Assembly (NCBI GenBank): GCA_965237525.1 | Contig: CBDEFO010000004.1 | Coordinates: 128,001-192,000 of the forward strand | Source: Candidatus Latescibacterota bacterium | Lineage (GTDB): Bacteria; Latescibacterota; CBDEFO01 | DNA length: 64,000 bases | Direction: 5' to 3' | Part shown: piece by piece, positions 1 through 11,196 of the stretch | Numbering within the stretch: the first letter of the stretch is position 1 | Layout of the letters: the number at the start of each line of letters is the position of its first letter | Position numbers and translations under genes: made by a program | The notes under the pieces: generated by a model | Told to the model about the DNA's origin: nothing | The model's input: the letters and a program-made list of their open reading frames with translations, nothing else | Database searches by the model: none

Positions 1-211
1 GAAATTCTGTCTGAGAATCTGCAGACTATCAGATACTGGAGGTATTGACAAACAGAGAGGAAAAGATTATATTCTCAAATGCCATCGTAGGAATGCTATC
101 CCCTAACACGACGATCTCCGGCTTCGGCCTTTGGCCTTCGGCGAACCCGCTACGCGGATTTGGAAATCGCGGGGCCGATATGCGAAATAGCAATATATTG
201 AGGGTAGATCC

Positions 212-1300
212 ATGGGAGAAATACGGGGCACAAAACCGGGCATTATCCGCTCAGATCGGCCATTGATCGACTGCGACATCCACAATGAGCTGCCCTCCCT
301 GAAAACGCTCGTTCCGTACCTGCCGGACCACTGGTGCGACTACATCAACACCTCTGGCTTTATGGGTCCTGATGCAAACGACTATCCGAGGGGAGTGCCG
401 ACCTCAGCTCGACCCGATACTGCACCGCCTTCGGGTGATCCTCCGGGGTCGGACCTTGCAATGCTGCGTGAGCAGGTGCTGGAAGCCTGGGAAGTAGATT
501 ACGGCATCCTTACCTGCGCTTATCGAGTGCAGAGTGTACACAATGAAGACCTTGCGGCGGCACTGGCCTCTGCGTTGAACACCTGGCAGATCGAGGAGTG
601 GCTGGAGCCGGAGCCACGGTTGCGAGCCTCACTCGTTGTACCGAGTCAGAATCCGAAGCTGGCAGCTCACGAAATCGAGCGTCTTGGAGACCATCCGGGA
701 TTTGTCCAGGTGATGCTGCCGGTACGCTCTCAGGCTCCTTATGGGAATCGGCGCTATGACCCGATCTACGAAGTCGCCGTGCACCACGACCTTGTGATTG
801 GAATCCATTTTGGTGGAGCTCCCGGTCATCCCCCTACGCCGGCTGGTTGGCCTTCGACTTATCTGGAGGAATACGCCGGTATGGCACAAGTTTTCCAGTC
901 GCAGGTCATAAGCCTGGTCGTGGAAGGCGTTTTTGACCGGTTTCCGACCCTGAGGGTGGCGCTTATCGAAGGGGGCTTTACCTGGATGCCGTCGCTAATG
1001 TGGCGACTTGATAAGGAGTGGAAAGGGCTCCGAAGTGATACACCGTGGGTCAAACGGCCCCCATCAGAGTATATTCGTGAGCATATCCGTTTGACGATTC
1101 AGCCAGTTGATGAGCCTTCGGATCCCAAGCATCTGCTTCAGATTATTGACCAGCTCGATTCAGAGGAACTTCTGATGTTTTCAACGGACTACCCACACTG
1201 GCACTTTGATATCCCCGAGGAGGCTTTTCCGGTAGCGCTACCGGAGAGGCTTGCACATAAGATTCTGTCCGAAAATGCCCGTGCATTTTACCGGCTTTGA
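212..1300 (+). CDS. Amidohydrolase-fold protein (Amidohydro_2), probable subunit of an amidohydrolase-related oxygenase
   Basis: IDCDIH, GIHFGG, IEGG and FSTDYPHW motifs; paralogous to the next gene. Confidence 0.9.
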   Translation: MGEIRGTKPGIIRSDRPLIDCDIHNELPSLKTLVPYLPDHWCDYINTSGFMGPDANDYPRGVPTSARPDTAPPSGDPPGSDLAMLREQVLEAWEVDYGILTCAYRVQSVHNEDLAAALASALNTWQIEEWLEPEPRLRASLVVPSQNPKLAAHEIERLGDHPGFVQVMLPVRSQAPYGNRRYDPIYEVAVHHDLVIGIHFGGAPGHPPTPAGWPSTYLEEYAGMAQVFQSQVISLVVEGVFDRFPTLRVALIEGGFTWMPSLMWRLDKEWKGLRSDTPWVKRPPSEYIREHIRLTIQPVDEPSDPKHLLQIIDQLDSEELLMFSTDYPHWHFDIPEEAFPVALPERLAHKILSENARAFYRL

Positions 1301-1364
1301 GTCTGATATAGTTGACTGTGTAGACAAGAGCTTATACAAACCAACGAGCAACGAGGAAAGAAAG

Positions 1365-2462
1365 ATGGAAAGTACATTAGTTGCCGGGGAAAAGAAAAAG
1401 AAACCGAGGCCAAAACAAGTGGCCCTCATCGACTGTGATATTCATAATGCCCTGCCCTCGGAGGAGGTGCTGCACAAATACCTGCCCGACCGCTGGCGCA
1501 AGTATCACCAGATGGTGGGAATGCGCAGCTATTATGGTTCGTACTATCCGCGGATCGTCCCTAACGCTGCAAGGCGCGACGCCTGGCCTCCGTCTGGTCT
1601 CCCACCGGGTTCGGACCTCAGCTTTATGCAGGAACAGTTGCTCGATGCCTGGGACATTGAATACGGTATTCTGAACTGTCTGTCTGGTGTGGGTGGACAG
1701 CTTAACCTAGAATACGGTGCGGCTCTAGCACAGGCGATTAACGACTGGCAGGTCGAGGAGTGGCTCGCAAAGGAACCGCGGCTGCGGGCCTCGATCGCCG
1801 TTCCATACGAAGATGGAGAGTTGGCTGCTGCTGAGATTGATCGGGTTGGAGATCATCCCGGCTTTGTGCAAATCTTGCTGGTTGTACGCACAAGTGAACC
1901 CTTGGGACGTCGTAAGTATTGGAAGCTATACGAAGCGGCCGTGCGCCACGACCTGCCGATTGGTATTCATTTCGGAGGCGCTGGTGGCGGTCCAATTACC
2001 GGAGCAGGTTGGCCCTCCCACTACATCGAGGACCATGGAGGAATGCCGCAATCCTTTCAGGCCCAAGTGATCAGCCTTGTTTGCGAAGGAACCTTTGAGC
2101 GCTTTCCCACCCTCAAAGTTGCCTTGATCGAAGGCGGCTTTGCCTGGATGCCACCGCTGATGTGGCGGCTCGACCAAAGCTGGCAGCGGCTCAGGGATGA
2201 GGTTCCGGACTTGCGGCGGCTGCCGTCCGAGTACATACGCGAACACTTCTGGAACAGCACCCAGCCGATGGAGGAGCCACCCAAACGACTGTACTTCGAA
2301 CAGCTCCTTGAACAGCTCAACGCAGATGACAAGCTTATGTTCGCAACCGACTATCCACATTGGGACTTTGACTCACCCAACCGGGCCATTCCAGTGGAAC
2401 TGGCGCCGAAACTGAAGCGAAAGATCATGGCTGAGAATGCCCGCGCGCTCTATCGGTTGTAA
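1365..2462 (+). CDS. Amidohydrolase-fold protein (Amidohydro_2), second paralog
   Basis: Same motif set (IDCDIH...FATDYPHWD); ATG 1365 follows a GAGGAAAG RBS. Confidence 0.9.
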   Translation: MESTLVAGEKKKKPRPKQVALIDCDIHNALPSEEVLHKYLPDRWRKYHQMVGMRSYYGSYYPRIVPNAARRDAWPPSGLPPGSDLSFMQEQLLDAWDIEYGILNCLSGVGGQLNLEYGAALAQAINDWQVEEWLAKEPRLRASIAVPYEDGELAAAEIDRVGDHPGFVQILLVVRTSEPLGRRKYWKLYEAAVRHDLPIGIHFGGAGGGPITGAGWPSHYIEDHGGMPQSFQAQVISLVCEGTFERFPTLKVALIEGGFAWMPPLMWRLDQSWQRLRDEVPDLRRLPSEYIREHFWNSTQPMEEPPKRLYFEQLLEQLNADDKLMFATDYPHWDFDSPNRAIPVELAPKLKRKIMAENARALYRL

Positions 2463-2537
2463 AACTGAATCTTCTGCCATGCCTACTGGTCATGATGGAT
2501 AGGTAGATTCCAGCTCCAGCTGGCGAAAAGGACTCCT

Positions 2538-2981
2538 ATGGCAAAGTATATAGTTTCAACCCTGGACGAGATTCCGCCTGGTGAGCGCAAAATTGTCGAA
2601 GTTGAGGGGCGATCTGTCGGTGTTTTCAACATCGCCGGGGAGTTTTTTTCCCTTCGGAACCGGTGTCCTCACCAGGGAGGTCCGCTCTGCCAAGGCCGCC
2701 TTTTAGGCTTGCTCAAATCCAGAGTTCCTGGCGAGTACAGGTACACCTGTAAAGGTGAAATTCTTCGCTGTCCCTGGCACGGCTGGGAGTTTGATGTCAA
2801 GACGGGCCAGTCGTGGTGGAATCCCGCACGGATACGCGCCCGAAGCTACAAGGTGAGCGTAGAAACTGCTCCCAACGAAGATGCAGAAACAGCGATGCCT
2901 GGTTTGGAAAAGGGACCGTACACAGCTGAGACCTATCCCGTGTCCGTCAAGCAGCAACATGTGTTCGTTGAGATTCCCTAA
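2538..2981 (+). CDS. Rieske [2Fe-2S] ferredoxin
   Basis: CPHQG and CPWHGWEFD motifs. Confidence 0.92.
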   Translation: MAKYIVSTLDEIPPGERKIVEVEGRSVGVFNIAGEFFSLRNRCPHQGGPLCQGRLLGLLKSRVPGEYRYTCKGEILRCPWHGWEFDVKTGQSWWNPARIRARSYKVSVETAPNEDAETAMPGLEKGPYTAETYPVSVKQQHVFVEIP

Positions 2982-3330
2982 CGTCGATTATCCAGATGGC
3001 GGGGGAAGGTTAGGATAGATCGGATAGCGCCCCGAAGTTGAATGACGAGTCTCTTTACAAACAACCAATCCCTGATAGAATCAATCGGGGATTGGCTTCA
3101 TAATTTCGAGTACTTTGAACAGGCTGAAAGGATTATATCCCAAAAGTATTATGTCCTAAAAGGATTATGTCCCAACGGATCGATCACTATAACAAGAAGC
3201 ACCGCCACTCATCCTTGGGATATAAGACCTCAGAAGCGTGGAGAAAACAATTTTATCTGCTACCCCAGGTTGCTTAATCGGTGTCGCTTTCCGGGGGAGC
3301 ACTACAATGTCAGTTTGGAGGATCGGAAGC

Positions 3331-4932
3331 ATGCTAACTGACGTGCCTCAAAACCATGTGATCGAGATTTCCTTTGCCTCGACTTCCAGGTATGACGATC
3401 CGTACAACGATGTCGAACTCGACGTGCTCGTCACGACGTCTGACGGCGGGCAGCTTCGCATACCGGCTTTCTGGGCAGGCGACAACGTCTGGAAGGCCCG
3501 GTTCGCCGGAAACCGCCTAGGTGACTACACCTTCGAGACGGAGGCGAAAGCCGCCACTGATAACGGTCTCCATGGACAGACAGGAACCTTCAGAGTTCAT
3601 CGGTACGAAGGCGACAACGCTTTGTTGCGCCACGGCAGATTGCGCGTAGCGGATGATCGGCGGCACTTCGAGCACGACGACGGAACGCCGTTCTTCTGGA
3701 CGGGTGATACCTGGTGGATGGGGCTGACGACTCGCCTCGACTGGCCCCAGGGTTTCAAAGAGCTCGCAGCAGATCGCCTGGCAAAAGGCTTTAACGTTAT
3801 CCAGATTATCGCCGGGCCGTATCCCGATATGGAGGCCTGGGATCCGAGAGGGCGAAACGAAGCGGGTTTTCCATTTGCGGATGATTTCGAAAGCGTAAAC
3901 CCATCCTATTACGACCACGCGGATTTGAAGATTGCACATCTTGTGGGCACGGGGCTGGTGCCATGTATCGTCGGCATGTGGGGCTATTATCTGCCCAGAA
4001 TCGGTGTGGAAAGGGTCAAGCGCTTTTGGCGCTACCTGGTCGCCCGTTATGGAGCCTACCCTGCAGTGTGGTGCATGTGCGGCGAAGGCATCATGCCTTA
4101 CTACCTTTCCGAAACGCCCGAAGCGGATGCCGCGCTGCAGAAGAGCGGTTGGACTGAGGTCATGGCCTATGTGCGCGATATCGATCCCTACCGAAATCTC
4201 ATCACCATTCACCCAAACCAGTCAGGGCGCGCACAGGTAGAAGACCCCAGCCTCATGGATTTCGAAATGCTTCAGAGCGGGCACAATGATTACGTGAGCG
4301 TCTCGCGGACGATCGACAACGTCACCGAATCGGTCGATGCCGAACCGGTTATGCCGGTCATAGATGCTGAAGTGAACTACGAGGGCATCTTAGGCCGGTG
4401 CTGGCAGAACATCCAGCGCCTCTGCTTCTATCATTCCGTCCTCCGCGGGGCTGCGGGCCATACATATGGCGCCAACGGCATCTGGCAGATGAACACGTGC
4501 GAAACACCGTATGGCCCGTCACCCCATGGTCGCTGCTGGGGAAACACGCCATGGCGCGAAGCGGCGCAACTGCCCGGTTCCCGCCAGGTCGGACTCGGTG
4601 GACAATTCATGCAAAGGTTTCCGTGGTGGGAGCTACAGTATCGGCGTGACTGGGTGTCGGATGAGGCACCGGAAGACGACCCGTATGGCGCCGTGGCCGT
4701 GGGCATTCCGGGGAAACTGAGAATTGTGTACATGCCTATGTGTTGGGATCCGTGCCCCATCATCGGCATCGAGGCCGACATAACCTATGAAGCTTATTAC
4801 TTCGACCCGTGCACCGGGGAGCATGTCGACATCGGCAGGGTGGAAGCTTCGGACGAGGGTGCATGGACGGCGCCGATACCACCGGAGTGCCACGACTGGC
4901 TGCTTGTGATGGAACGCACTGTAAGTGTCTGA
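3331..4932 (+). CDS. Apiosidase-like / DUF5060-DUF4038 glycoside hydrolase-like protein
   Basis: PFFWTGDTWW, RYLVARYGAY, EVNYEG and GHTYGANGIWQ motifs; GGAGG RBS before ATG 3331. Confidence 0.75.
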   Translation: MLTDVPQNHVIEISFASTSRYDDPYNDVELDVLVTTSDGGQLRIPAFWAGDNVWKARFAGNRLGDYTFETEAKAATDNGLHGQTGTFRVHRYEGDNALLRHGRLRVADDRRHFEHDDGTPFFWTGDTWWMGLTTRLDWPQGFKELAADRLAKGFNVIQIIAGPYPDMEAWDPRGRNEAGFPFADDFESVNPSYYDHADLKIAHLVGTGLVPCIVGMWGYYLPRIGVERVKRFWRYLVARYGAYPAVWCMCGEGIMPYYLSETPEADAALQKSGWTEVMAYVRDIDPYRNLITIHPNQSGRAQVEDPSLMDFEMLQSGHNDYVSVSRTIDNVTESVDAEPVMPVIDAEVNYEGILGRCWQNIQRLCFYHSVLRGAAGHTYGANGIWQMNTCETPYGPSPHGRCWGNTPWREAAQLPGSRQVGLGGQFMQRFPWWELQYRRDWVSDEAPEDDPYGAVAVGIPGKLRIVYMPMCWDPCPIIGIEADITYEAYYFDPCTGEHVDIGRVEASDEGAWTAPIPPECHDWLLVMERTVSV

Positions 4933-5883
4933 TGGACCAGCAAGCGGTGTGAAAAACGAATCCGCCATGGGGGAACTGCTCGCTCCGTTCGGGAACACTT
5001 AATACTTCCCGAACTGAAGGGAACGCTATGAAAACGACGGCAACACCGGAAGAGATCCAGGATTATCCATGCGAGGGTATCGTGGACGGCATTGTCGTCG
5101 ACTGGGACGGCGGCGGCGCAGCAAGGGCAGCTGCTACTGCAACGTCTGGTTCTCCAGGTTCATGAAGATCAAGGGCTTTAAGGTGGAGCTGCCGGAGAAG
5201 GCTAAGTGTTCCCAACTTCTCGAGGACTGGGGGCAGGTCAAGTCATACGAGGATAACTTCTACAAGCGTGGGGTCGAGGTGTTCACGCGTAATGCAAGAT
5301 ACTTACAGGTGGTCAGTACCGATTTACAGGAACTAAAATTCAAGAGCTAAGACTATAGAGATAATATAGATTATTGCAACTAAATTTTAGGATTGAAATC
5401 TTACCATAGAACGGATATTTTCGACCGTCTAACTGAGTTCTTATGAGTGAATGGAGAGGTGTCTCTAATTGGAGAATTTAAACACAAAGAAAGTGATAAA
5501 TCAGAGGAAAATCTTATTTTGATTAAAAAAAGTACTTGTTGAAAAATGTAAAATCGGAGATCACACGGGTCCGCGCCGAAGGAAGAGTTGGCCTCTTTCC
5601 CGTCTCCGGCGCGTGACGCTGAATGATGAATCACTTACGCCGATGCGAGAACCGCAACATGGCTAGTGTCAAGAATATCCAAATTGCAACTATACGGATA
5701 TACCTGTAATTGTAATTAACCTCACTTTGCTAGCCTGCCTGTAAGAGCCGGTAGTGGGGGGTGATATCTTGAACGTAGGCTACCGATTCTGCCAGAGCTC
5801 CAAACATGCAGACACTGCGGCTACCGCACTAACTTAACAGAAGCAATTTAAACAGGTTATGCCTGCTTAGGTAAGGCACAGAA

Positions 5884-6640
5884 ATGACGAGATCACTGTC
5901 GATTGTGGAGGAACTGCGTTGCATGTGGTCCGGTGCCTCCATCTGCGGGGAAGGACCACTCTGGGACATTCAGCAGCTAGCCCTCTACTGAGTGGACATT
6001 GACGGGTGTAAGGCCCACCGCTACCGTTTGGCGGACGGAGTGGTCAGCACTTGGGAGTTGCCGGAAAAGACAGGCTGGCTGCTGCCGCGCCAAGGCTGCA
6101 GCGATTTCGTCGCAGGCTGCAAGTCCGGAATATATTTTATTGACCTCGACACTGGATCACGGGAATTCGCCATCGATCCGGAACCGGACCTACCGGGCAA
6201 CCACATCAACGATGGCAAGTGTGACGTGGACGGTCGTATCTGGGCTGGTACTATGGATGACGACGAGGTGAATTCACGGGCTGGCTGTACCGCATTGACC
6301 CGGACCTCAGTCACAGCCGGTGGGATGGTCCCTACAGGGTAACCAACGGCCCGGCAATCTCCCCGGACGTCCTGACCGTCGACACCGAGGGCTACATCTG
6401 GCTTGCGCACTGGGGCGGCAGCCGGATCACGCGGTTTGCACCGGACGGCAGCGTGGACGGCATCCTCGAAAGCCGGTGCCGAAAATGACGAGCTGCGCCT
6501 TCGGCGGACCGGAAATGGACCTGCTTTTGATCACCACTCCGGTGTGCAACGTGGACCTCACCCAATACCCGCAGGCCGGCGGTCTTTTCTGCGTGAAAAC
6601 GCAAGTGGAAGGCCTGCCCTCTCCAGTCTTCAAAGGGTGA
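5884..6640 (+). pseudogene. SMP-30/gluconolactonase family, decayed
   Basis: GEGPLWD, NDGKCD.DGRIWAGTM and TSCAFGGP motifs; in-frame TGA at 5989-5991, frameshifts and an apparent internal deletion near 6360. Confidence 0.85.
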
Positions 6641-6676
6641 AGGCCGCCTTTAGCGGTATAGAAAAAAGTTTCGATT

Positions 6677-7484
6677 GTGCTGAACACACGTGCTCTGTGC
6701 CGCTTTCGACAGAAGCTCTCAAAGGATGAGGCCGTGTACGGTCTATGGGTCGCTCGAGGCACCCAGCATCACTGAAATGGGCGTCGCACTTGGACTGCAT
6801 TGGATCGTCATCGATTCCGAACACGGACATCTTGACTGGGGAGACATCGTGGGCCACGTGCGGGCAGCGGTGCGAAGCAAGACGGTCATTTTAGTGCGCA
6901 TTGCAGCTGTCCGTGAGCCTCATCAGACGTGCCCTGGATATTGGTGCTGACTGTATAGCGGTTCCCTGGATCGAGACTGAAGATATGCTGCGCTAGGCAG
7001 TTGCGTACGCAAACTACCCGCCGCGTGGACGGCGCTGGATTGGCAGCGAACGGGCGACATGCTGGGGGCAGTCCGTCTCCGAACACGTTGCCGAAGCCGA
7101 CGAGCACGTAATGGTGGTGCCAATCGTTGAAAGCGTGGCCGCTCGTCGTAGCATCAACCAGATGCTTGAGTTGGACGGCGTCGACGTGTTCTTCTTTGGG
7201 CCCTCCGACTATTCATCTACAGCCGGGTATGCGGGGCAATGGGAGGGGCCACGCGTTGCACAGCACATCCTGCAGGCGAAGGAAGCCGGTGTGGCTATAG
7301 GAAAACACCGAGGTTTGCTGGCCACAAGCTACGAGAATCTTCACGAGCGTTACCAGCAGGGGTTCCGAATGCTCGGCCTCGGATATCGGACAGCGGCTTG
7401 CTGTTATGTAGCCTCCATAAGGCGCTGGACAGCGTAGGACGCGATTCAAAGTTGAGTCCCGGCCTTATGCCCGATGACGAATAA
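6677..7484 (+). pseudogene. HpcH/HpaI aldolase family, decayed
   Basis: WIVIDSEHG, PIVES and FFGPSDYS motifs spread over several frames, with an internal TAG. Confidence 0.8.
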
Positions 7485-7879
7485 CCCTTTGGGCCCTGCT
7501 CATAATGACTTGTTATTTGGGGAAGAGCATTGTGGCGAAAATTAGCCTGGACTATTCACAAAAACTGAATATTTTCTCATAAACAACTCTACTGTAACAA
7601 GTTATAGAAAAGTTTCGACGTTCTCGCAAAAGGCCCGATTGCTCAAGGCTAACGCTGAGCTAGAGCACGTACTAAGAAAAACTCCGGGAAATCGCAGCGT
7701 GAGCTTTACAACCACCACGGGGGCACTACAGCTTGCGATATACCGTAGCTAAATGAATCCATATGTACAGCGAAACACCTGTCGCGGGATCATGATCCTG
7801 GGAGATCGTCATATGGAACCCTCTCAAGCGGGCTTGTGTTCCCCCGCACCTGATACTCACTGATTCTATAGGAGCGAGT

Positions 7880-8932
7880 ATGCCACGAATCAAGTCTGAT
7901 GTGTTGAAGGATTTTACGGCCCGAATCTTCCGAGCTTATGGGCTGCGCCACGATGTCGCGGACATCGTGGCGGATTCACTCGTACTGGGTAACCTCAAAG
8001 GGCACGACTCGCACGGCGTAATCCGGGTCATGGAATATGTTGACTGGCTGGCCAAAGGCTGGCTTAACGCCGACGCCGAAATGAAGGTGGTCCGTGACGA
8101 CGGTGTGATCCTGATGATCGATGGCGATTTCGGATTTGGACAGGTGATCGGGCGGCAGGCGACGCGACTGGCAATTGACAAGGTGCGCCAGGAAGGGGTG
8201 TGCGTGATGACGATCCGCAGATCGGGACACCTCGGCCGGGTCGGTGAATTTATGGAAATGGCGGGTGACGCTGGGTTGCTGGCGTTTGGTTTCACGAACA
8301 CGCACGGCGGCGGCGTGCTGGCTGCGCCGTACGGCGGAAGAGAACGGCGGTTATCGGCCAACCCCATTCTTGGCGCGGCGCCGCGAGCCGATGGCGACCC
8401 GATCGTTATGGATATGGCGACGTGCTCCACGGCCGAGGGAAAGGTGAAGGTTGCCCGCGCGGCCGGCAAGCAGATACCCGAAGGCTATCTTGTCAACAGT
8501 GACGGGCATCCGTCGACAGATCCGGAGGATTATTACAGTGATCCACCGGGGGCGTTGCTGCCGATGGCGGGGCATAAAGGTTTTGCCCTGGCACTGATGT
8601 GCGACATTTTCGCCGGGGCTGTTAGCGGGGGTGAATGTAGCACGGAAGGTATTGCCCGCATAGCCAACACGCTTTTTGCAGTTTTTATTGACCCGGAGCG
8701 ATTCTGCGGCCGCGATTACTACTTCGAGCAGGTTGAACAGCTTGTTCGTTGGGTCAAGTCAAGCGAACTGATGGAGGGGTTCGACCGAATCATGGTTCCC
8801 GGTGAGCCAGAAGCGATTGCCGAGCAAGCCCGCAGTGCTGAAGGAATTCACATCGAGGATTCGACCTGGCAGAAGATCACGTCCGTCGCCGCCAGCAAGG
8901 GAATTGTTTACGATTTCGGTGCGGCTACGTAG
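7880..8932 (+). CDS. Ldh_2 family (malate/L-lactate/L-sulfolactate-type) oxidoreductase
   Basis: GHDSHG, SGHLGR, ANPI, DMAT and GHKG motifs. Confidence 0.9.
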   Translation: MPRIKSDVLKDFTARIFRAYGLRHDVADIVADSLVLGNLKGHDSHGVIRVMEYVDWLAKGWLNADAEMKVVRDDGVILMIDGDFGFGQVIGRQATRLAIDKVRQEGVCVMTIRRSGHLGRVGEFMEMAGDAGLLAFGFTNTHGGGVLAAPYGGRERRLSANPILGAAPRADGDPIVMDMATCSTAEGKVKVARAAGKQIPEGYLVNSDGHPSTDPEDYYSDPPGALLPMAGHKGFALALMCDIFAGAVSGGECSTEGIARIANTLFAVFIDPERFCGRDYYFEQVEQLVRWVKSSELMEGFDRIMVPGEPEAIAEQARSAEGIHIEDSTWQKITSVAASKGIVYDFGAAT

Positions 8933-8968
8933 CATAAGATCAATGATCCTTTAGAAAAGGAAGCAACG

Positions 8969-9148
8969 ATGAACACTCTGTCTCTTTTTGATTTAAGCGG
9001 CAAGAAGGTGCTGATTACGGGTGCAGGAGTCGGAATCGGAAGAGGCTATGCGTTGGCTCAGGCAGGTGCCGGGGCTGATATCGCCATGATTGACGTCAAT
9101 GAGACGTCAGGCCGACGCTGCTCCGGCAGTTTCCGGCATATTCAGTAA
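8969..9148 (+). pseudogene. 5' fragment of an SDR oxidoreductase
   Basis: MNTLSLFDLSGKKVLITGAGVGIG... (TGxxxGIG motif); truncated after 59 aa. Confidence 0.8.
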
Positions 9149-9176
9149 CCGGGATGGAATTCAGGATGGAAGCCTG

Positions 9177-10970
9177 ATGCCCAAGCAATCACAGCACCAA
9201 GACCTGTCACCACTGCCTCAATGGGATACAAGCTACCGCCTGCTCAAGCTGGGCGAGGATATCACGTTCCATTTTTCTTGTCCCGACACTGCCTACCCTG
9301 ATCATTTCGAGATCTTTCCGCGTTATCTAGAGGCGGCCGATCCGGGCGATGCGTTCGTGGCTGGTGGGGACCCTGACTGGCTCGACGAACTGGAAAAACA
9401 GCGGGTTGGACTGACTTTTAGCGGCGGGCGCGCCTCGGTCACTTACACACCGAAGGAGCCGGGTAGTTACATGGCCCGGTGGCGGGCCAGTGGCGAAACG
9501 TTTCATCGCTACTTTTCGGTCGTTGAGGACAACTGGATCGTGCTGCGATTCTCAGGCGGCTATGGCCCGGAGCCCGAGCCCAGCTTGCACGCCACCGGAA
9601 TCCCTCTGGATTATCGCTTACCGATTGAACAGTTCGACCCCAACGATCCGCTGTACCAGAAGTTACTCGGCTATCATCGGCACTACGGCGATTTGATTGT
9701 GCCAGTCCTGCCCGACACCCCAGATCTAAGTGAGGCCGAACGCGTGACCCTGTACGGCGACGGTCTGGCCAGGGTGCGCGAGCTGCTGCCGGATCCCGAT
9801 AGCGCCCGCTCCGTGCGCATCGAGATGATGCACGAATTTGATCCGGGCTATACCAATGCGCTTGAACAACTTGGCATCAACAATCACAGCGGACTGTGGC
9901 AGGCGAACGCCAGGCCGTGGCTGGGGATGCCTGAGTTTCCCTATTTCTGCTCGCCGATCGACTGCCGCAAGCCTAATCAGGGCCAGGGCGGCGCCGTCGT
10001 TGCCAACGCATGGGACTTCTGCGGCGGCTGGCATTTCATTGGACCCAACGCCTGGCATTACCGCGCCTCGAGAGGCCGCATCGAGGAGGCCGCCAAATGC
10101 CTGCGCCAGGGCATGCAGGAAGCCCAGATCCTGGCCGAGCTCAGCGGACATCCAGCCTTTCTCTATCCACTGTACGACGGTTTTGTCCCTCACGCGAAAC
10201 TTCGAATCCCGCCGGTCCAGAGCGAAGAAAAAACCAGCTTCGAATTCGGCCAGAGCTATCAACGGATGATGGCATTTGAGTTCCCTAAAGAGTTCAAGGT
10301 CGTCTACGCCCGCTCAATCGACGTGGCCGATTACTACAGCCGTCATTTTGAGATCACGCCGCGGACGATCTTTGTCAGCAAGACCGATCACGTGATGTAC
10401 GACACCTGGTGGCAGACCTCCTGGCACGATCAGCGGATGTTCGAGACGCGCGAGCGCATGCCCTGGAGCACGCGTATCTCCAGCATCATGCGCCAGCGAA
10501 AGTCGTATCCCAAAATCGAAGGCAAGCGCCTGGACGAGCAGCCGCCATTCAAGGACCCGCTTTCCTACGAATTCATTCTGATCGAAGATCAGAAACGATC
10601 AATCCGGTTTGAGCGAGAATGCCCCAATCCCATCTGGTGGTTCGATTACACCGGTCAGCAGCGCAGCCAAGAAGGTAGCGCCATTACGTGGACCGAAACG
10701 CCGGACGTCGAGATCCACCTGTCGCCGTGGTCGGGCAACGCAAATGAAAAGACCATCACACTGGAAATGGAAACCGACGCTCAGTTCGCGAATTACGCCA
10801 TCGCCCTGTGGGACCTGCCCGACGCGTTCGACCCGGACGGTCCGATCAAGACCAGCGCCGCCGAACAAATCTTGACCAGGAATACCGACGGCGAACACCA
10901 TCTGGTCCTGTTCTTCGACCTCAAACCGGGCGTGGTCCTGAACGTCACGATCCCGGTACGCAGCTCGTAG
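9177..10970 (+). CDS. Hypothetical protein (~597 aa)
   Basis: Long GC3-biased ORF; no family recognised. Confidence 0.75.
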   Translation: MPKQSQHQDLSPLPQWDTSYRLLKLGEDITFHFSCPDTAYPDHFEIFPRYLEAADPGDAFVAGGDPDWLDELEKQRVGLTFSGGRASVTYTPKEPGSYMARWRASGETFHRYFSVVEDNWIVLRFSGGYGPEPEPSLHATGIPLDYRLPIEQFDPNDPLYQKLLGYHRHYGDLIVPVLPDTPDLSEAERVTLYGDGLARVRELLPDPDSARSVRIEMMHEFDPGYTNALEQLGINNHSGLWQANARPWLGMPEFPYFCSPIDCRKPNQGQGGAVVANAWDFCGGWHFIGPNAWHYRASRGRIEEAAKCLRQGMQEAQILAELSGHPAFLYPLYDGFVPHAKLRIPPVQSEEKTSFEFGQSYQRMMAFEFPKEFKVVYARSIDVADYYSRHFEITPRTIFVSKTDHVMYDTWWQTSWHDQRMFETRERMPWSTRISSIMRQRKSYPKIEGKRLDEQPPFKDPLSYEFILIEDQKRSIRFERECPNPIWWFDYTGQQRSQEGSAITWTETPDVEIHLSPWSGNANEKTITLEMETDAQFANYAIALWDLPDAFDPDGPIKTSAAEQILTRNTDGEHHLVLFFDLKPGVVLNVTIPVRSS

Positions 10971-11196
10971 ACACCGGCAACAGTTGGACGCGTTTTTCAA
11001 GAGCACTGGTTCCCTCAAGACCTTAATGTCCGATGACAAATGATCGACTAACTCTTGAGATGCCAAAACGATCAGCTTTCCGCCCACCCGCGAAGCCATA
11101 ACATTCAGGCGATTCAGCGTCAAGGTCCAATCGTTCTGCCGGTGTCCTAGACTTAGAAGGCGAATACGTAGCGCACTCCAATAGCGCTAAAGCAAC

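Noticed and set aside
3042..3341. 99-aa ORF containing the element (LIESIG)
   Set aside because: AT-rich promoter region with no RBS or family signal; not counted as a coding insertion
3517..4212. Long antisense and alternate-frame ORFs (this one and many others in the track)
   Set aside because: Shadows of GC3-rich genuine genes
7605..7640. GTTCTCGCAAAAGGCC as an IS end
   Set aside because: No partner repeat or transposase found in the window
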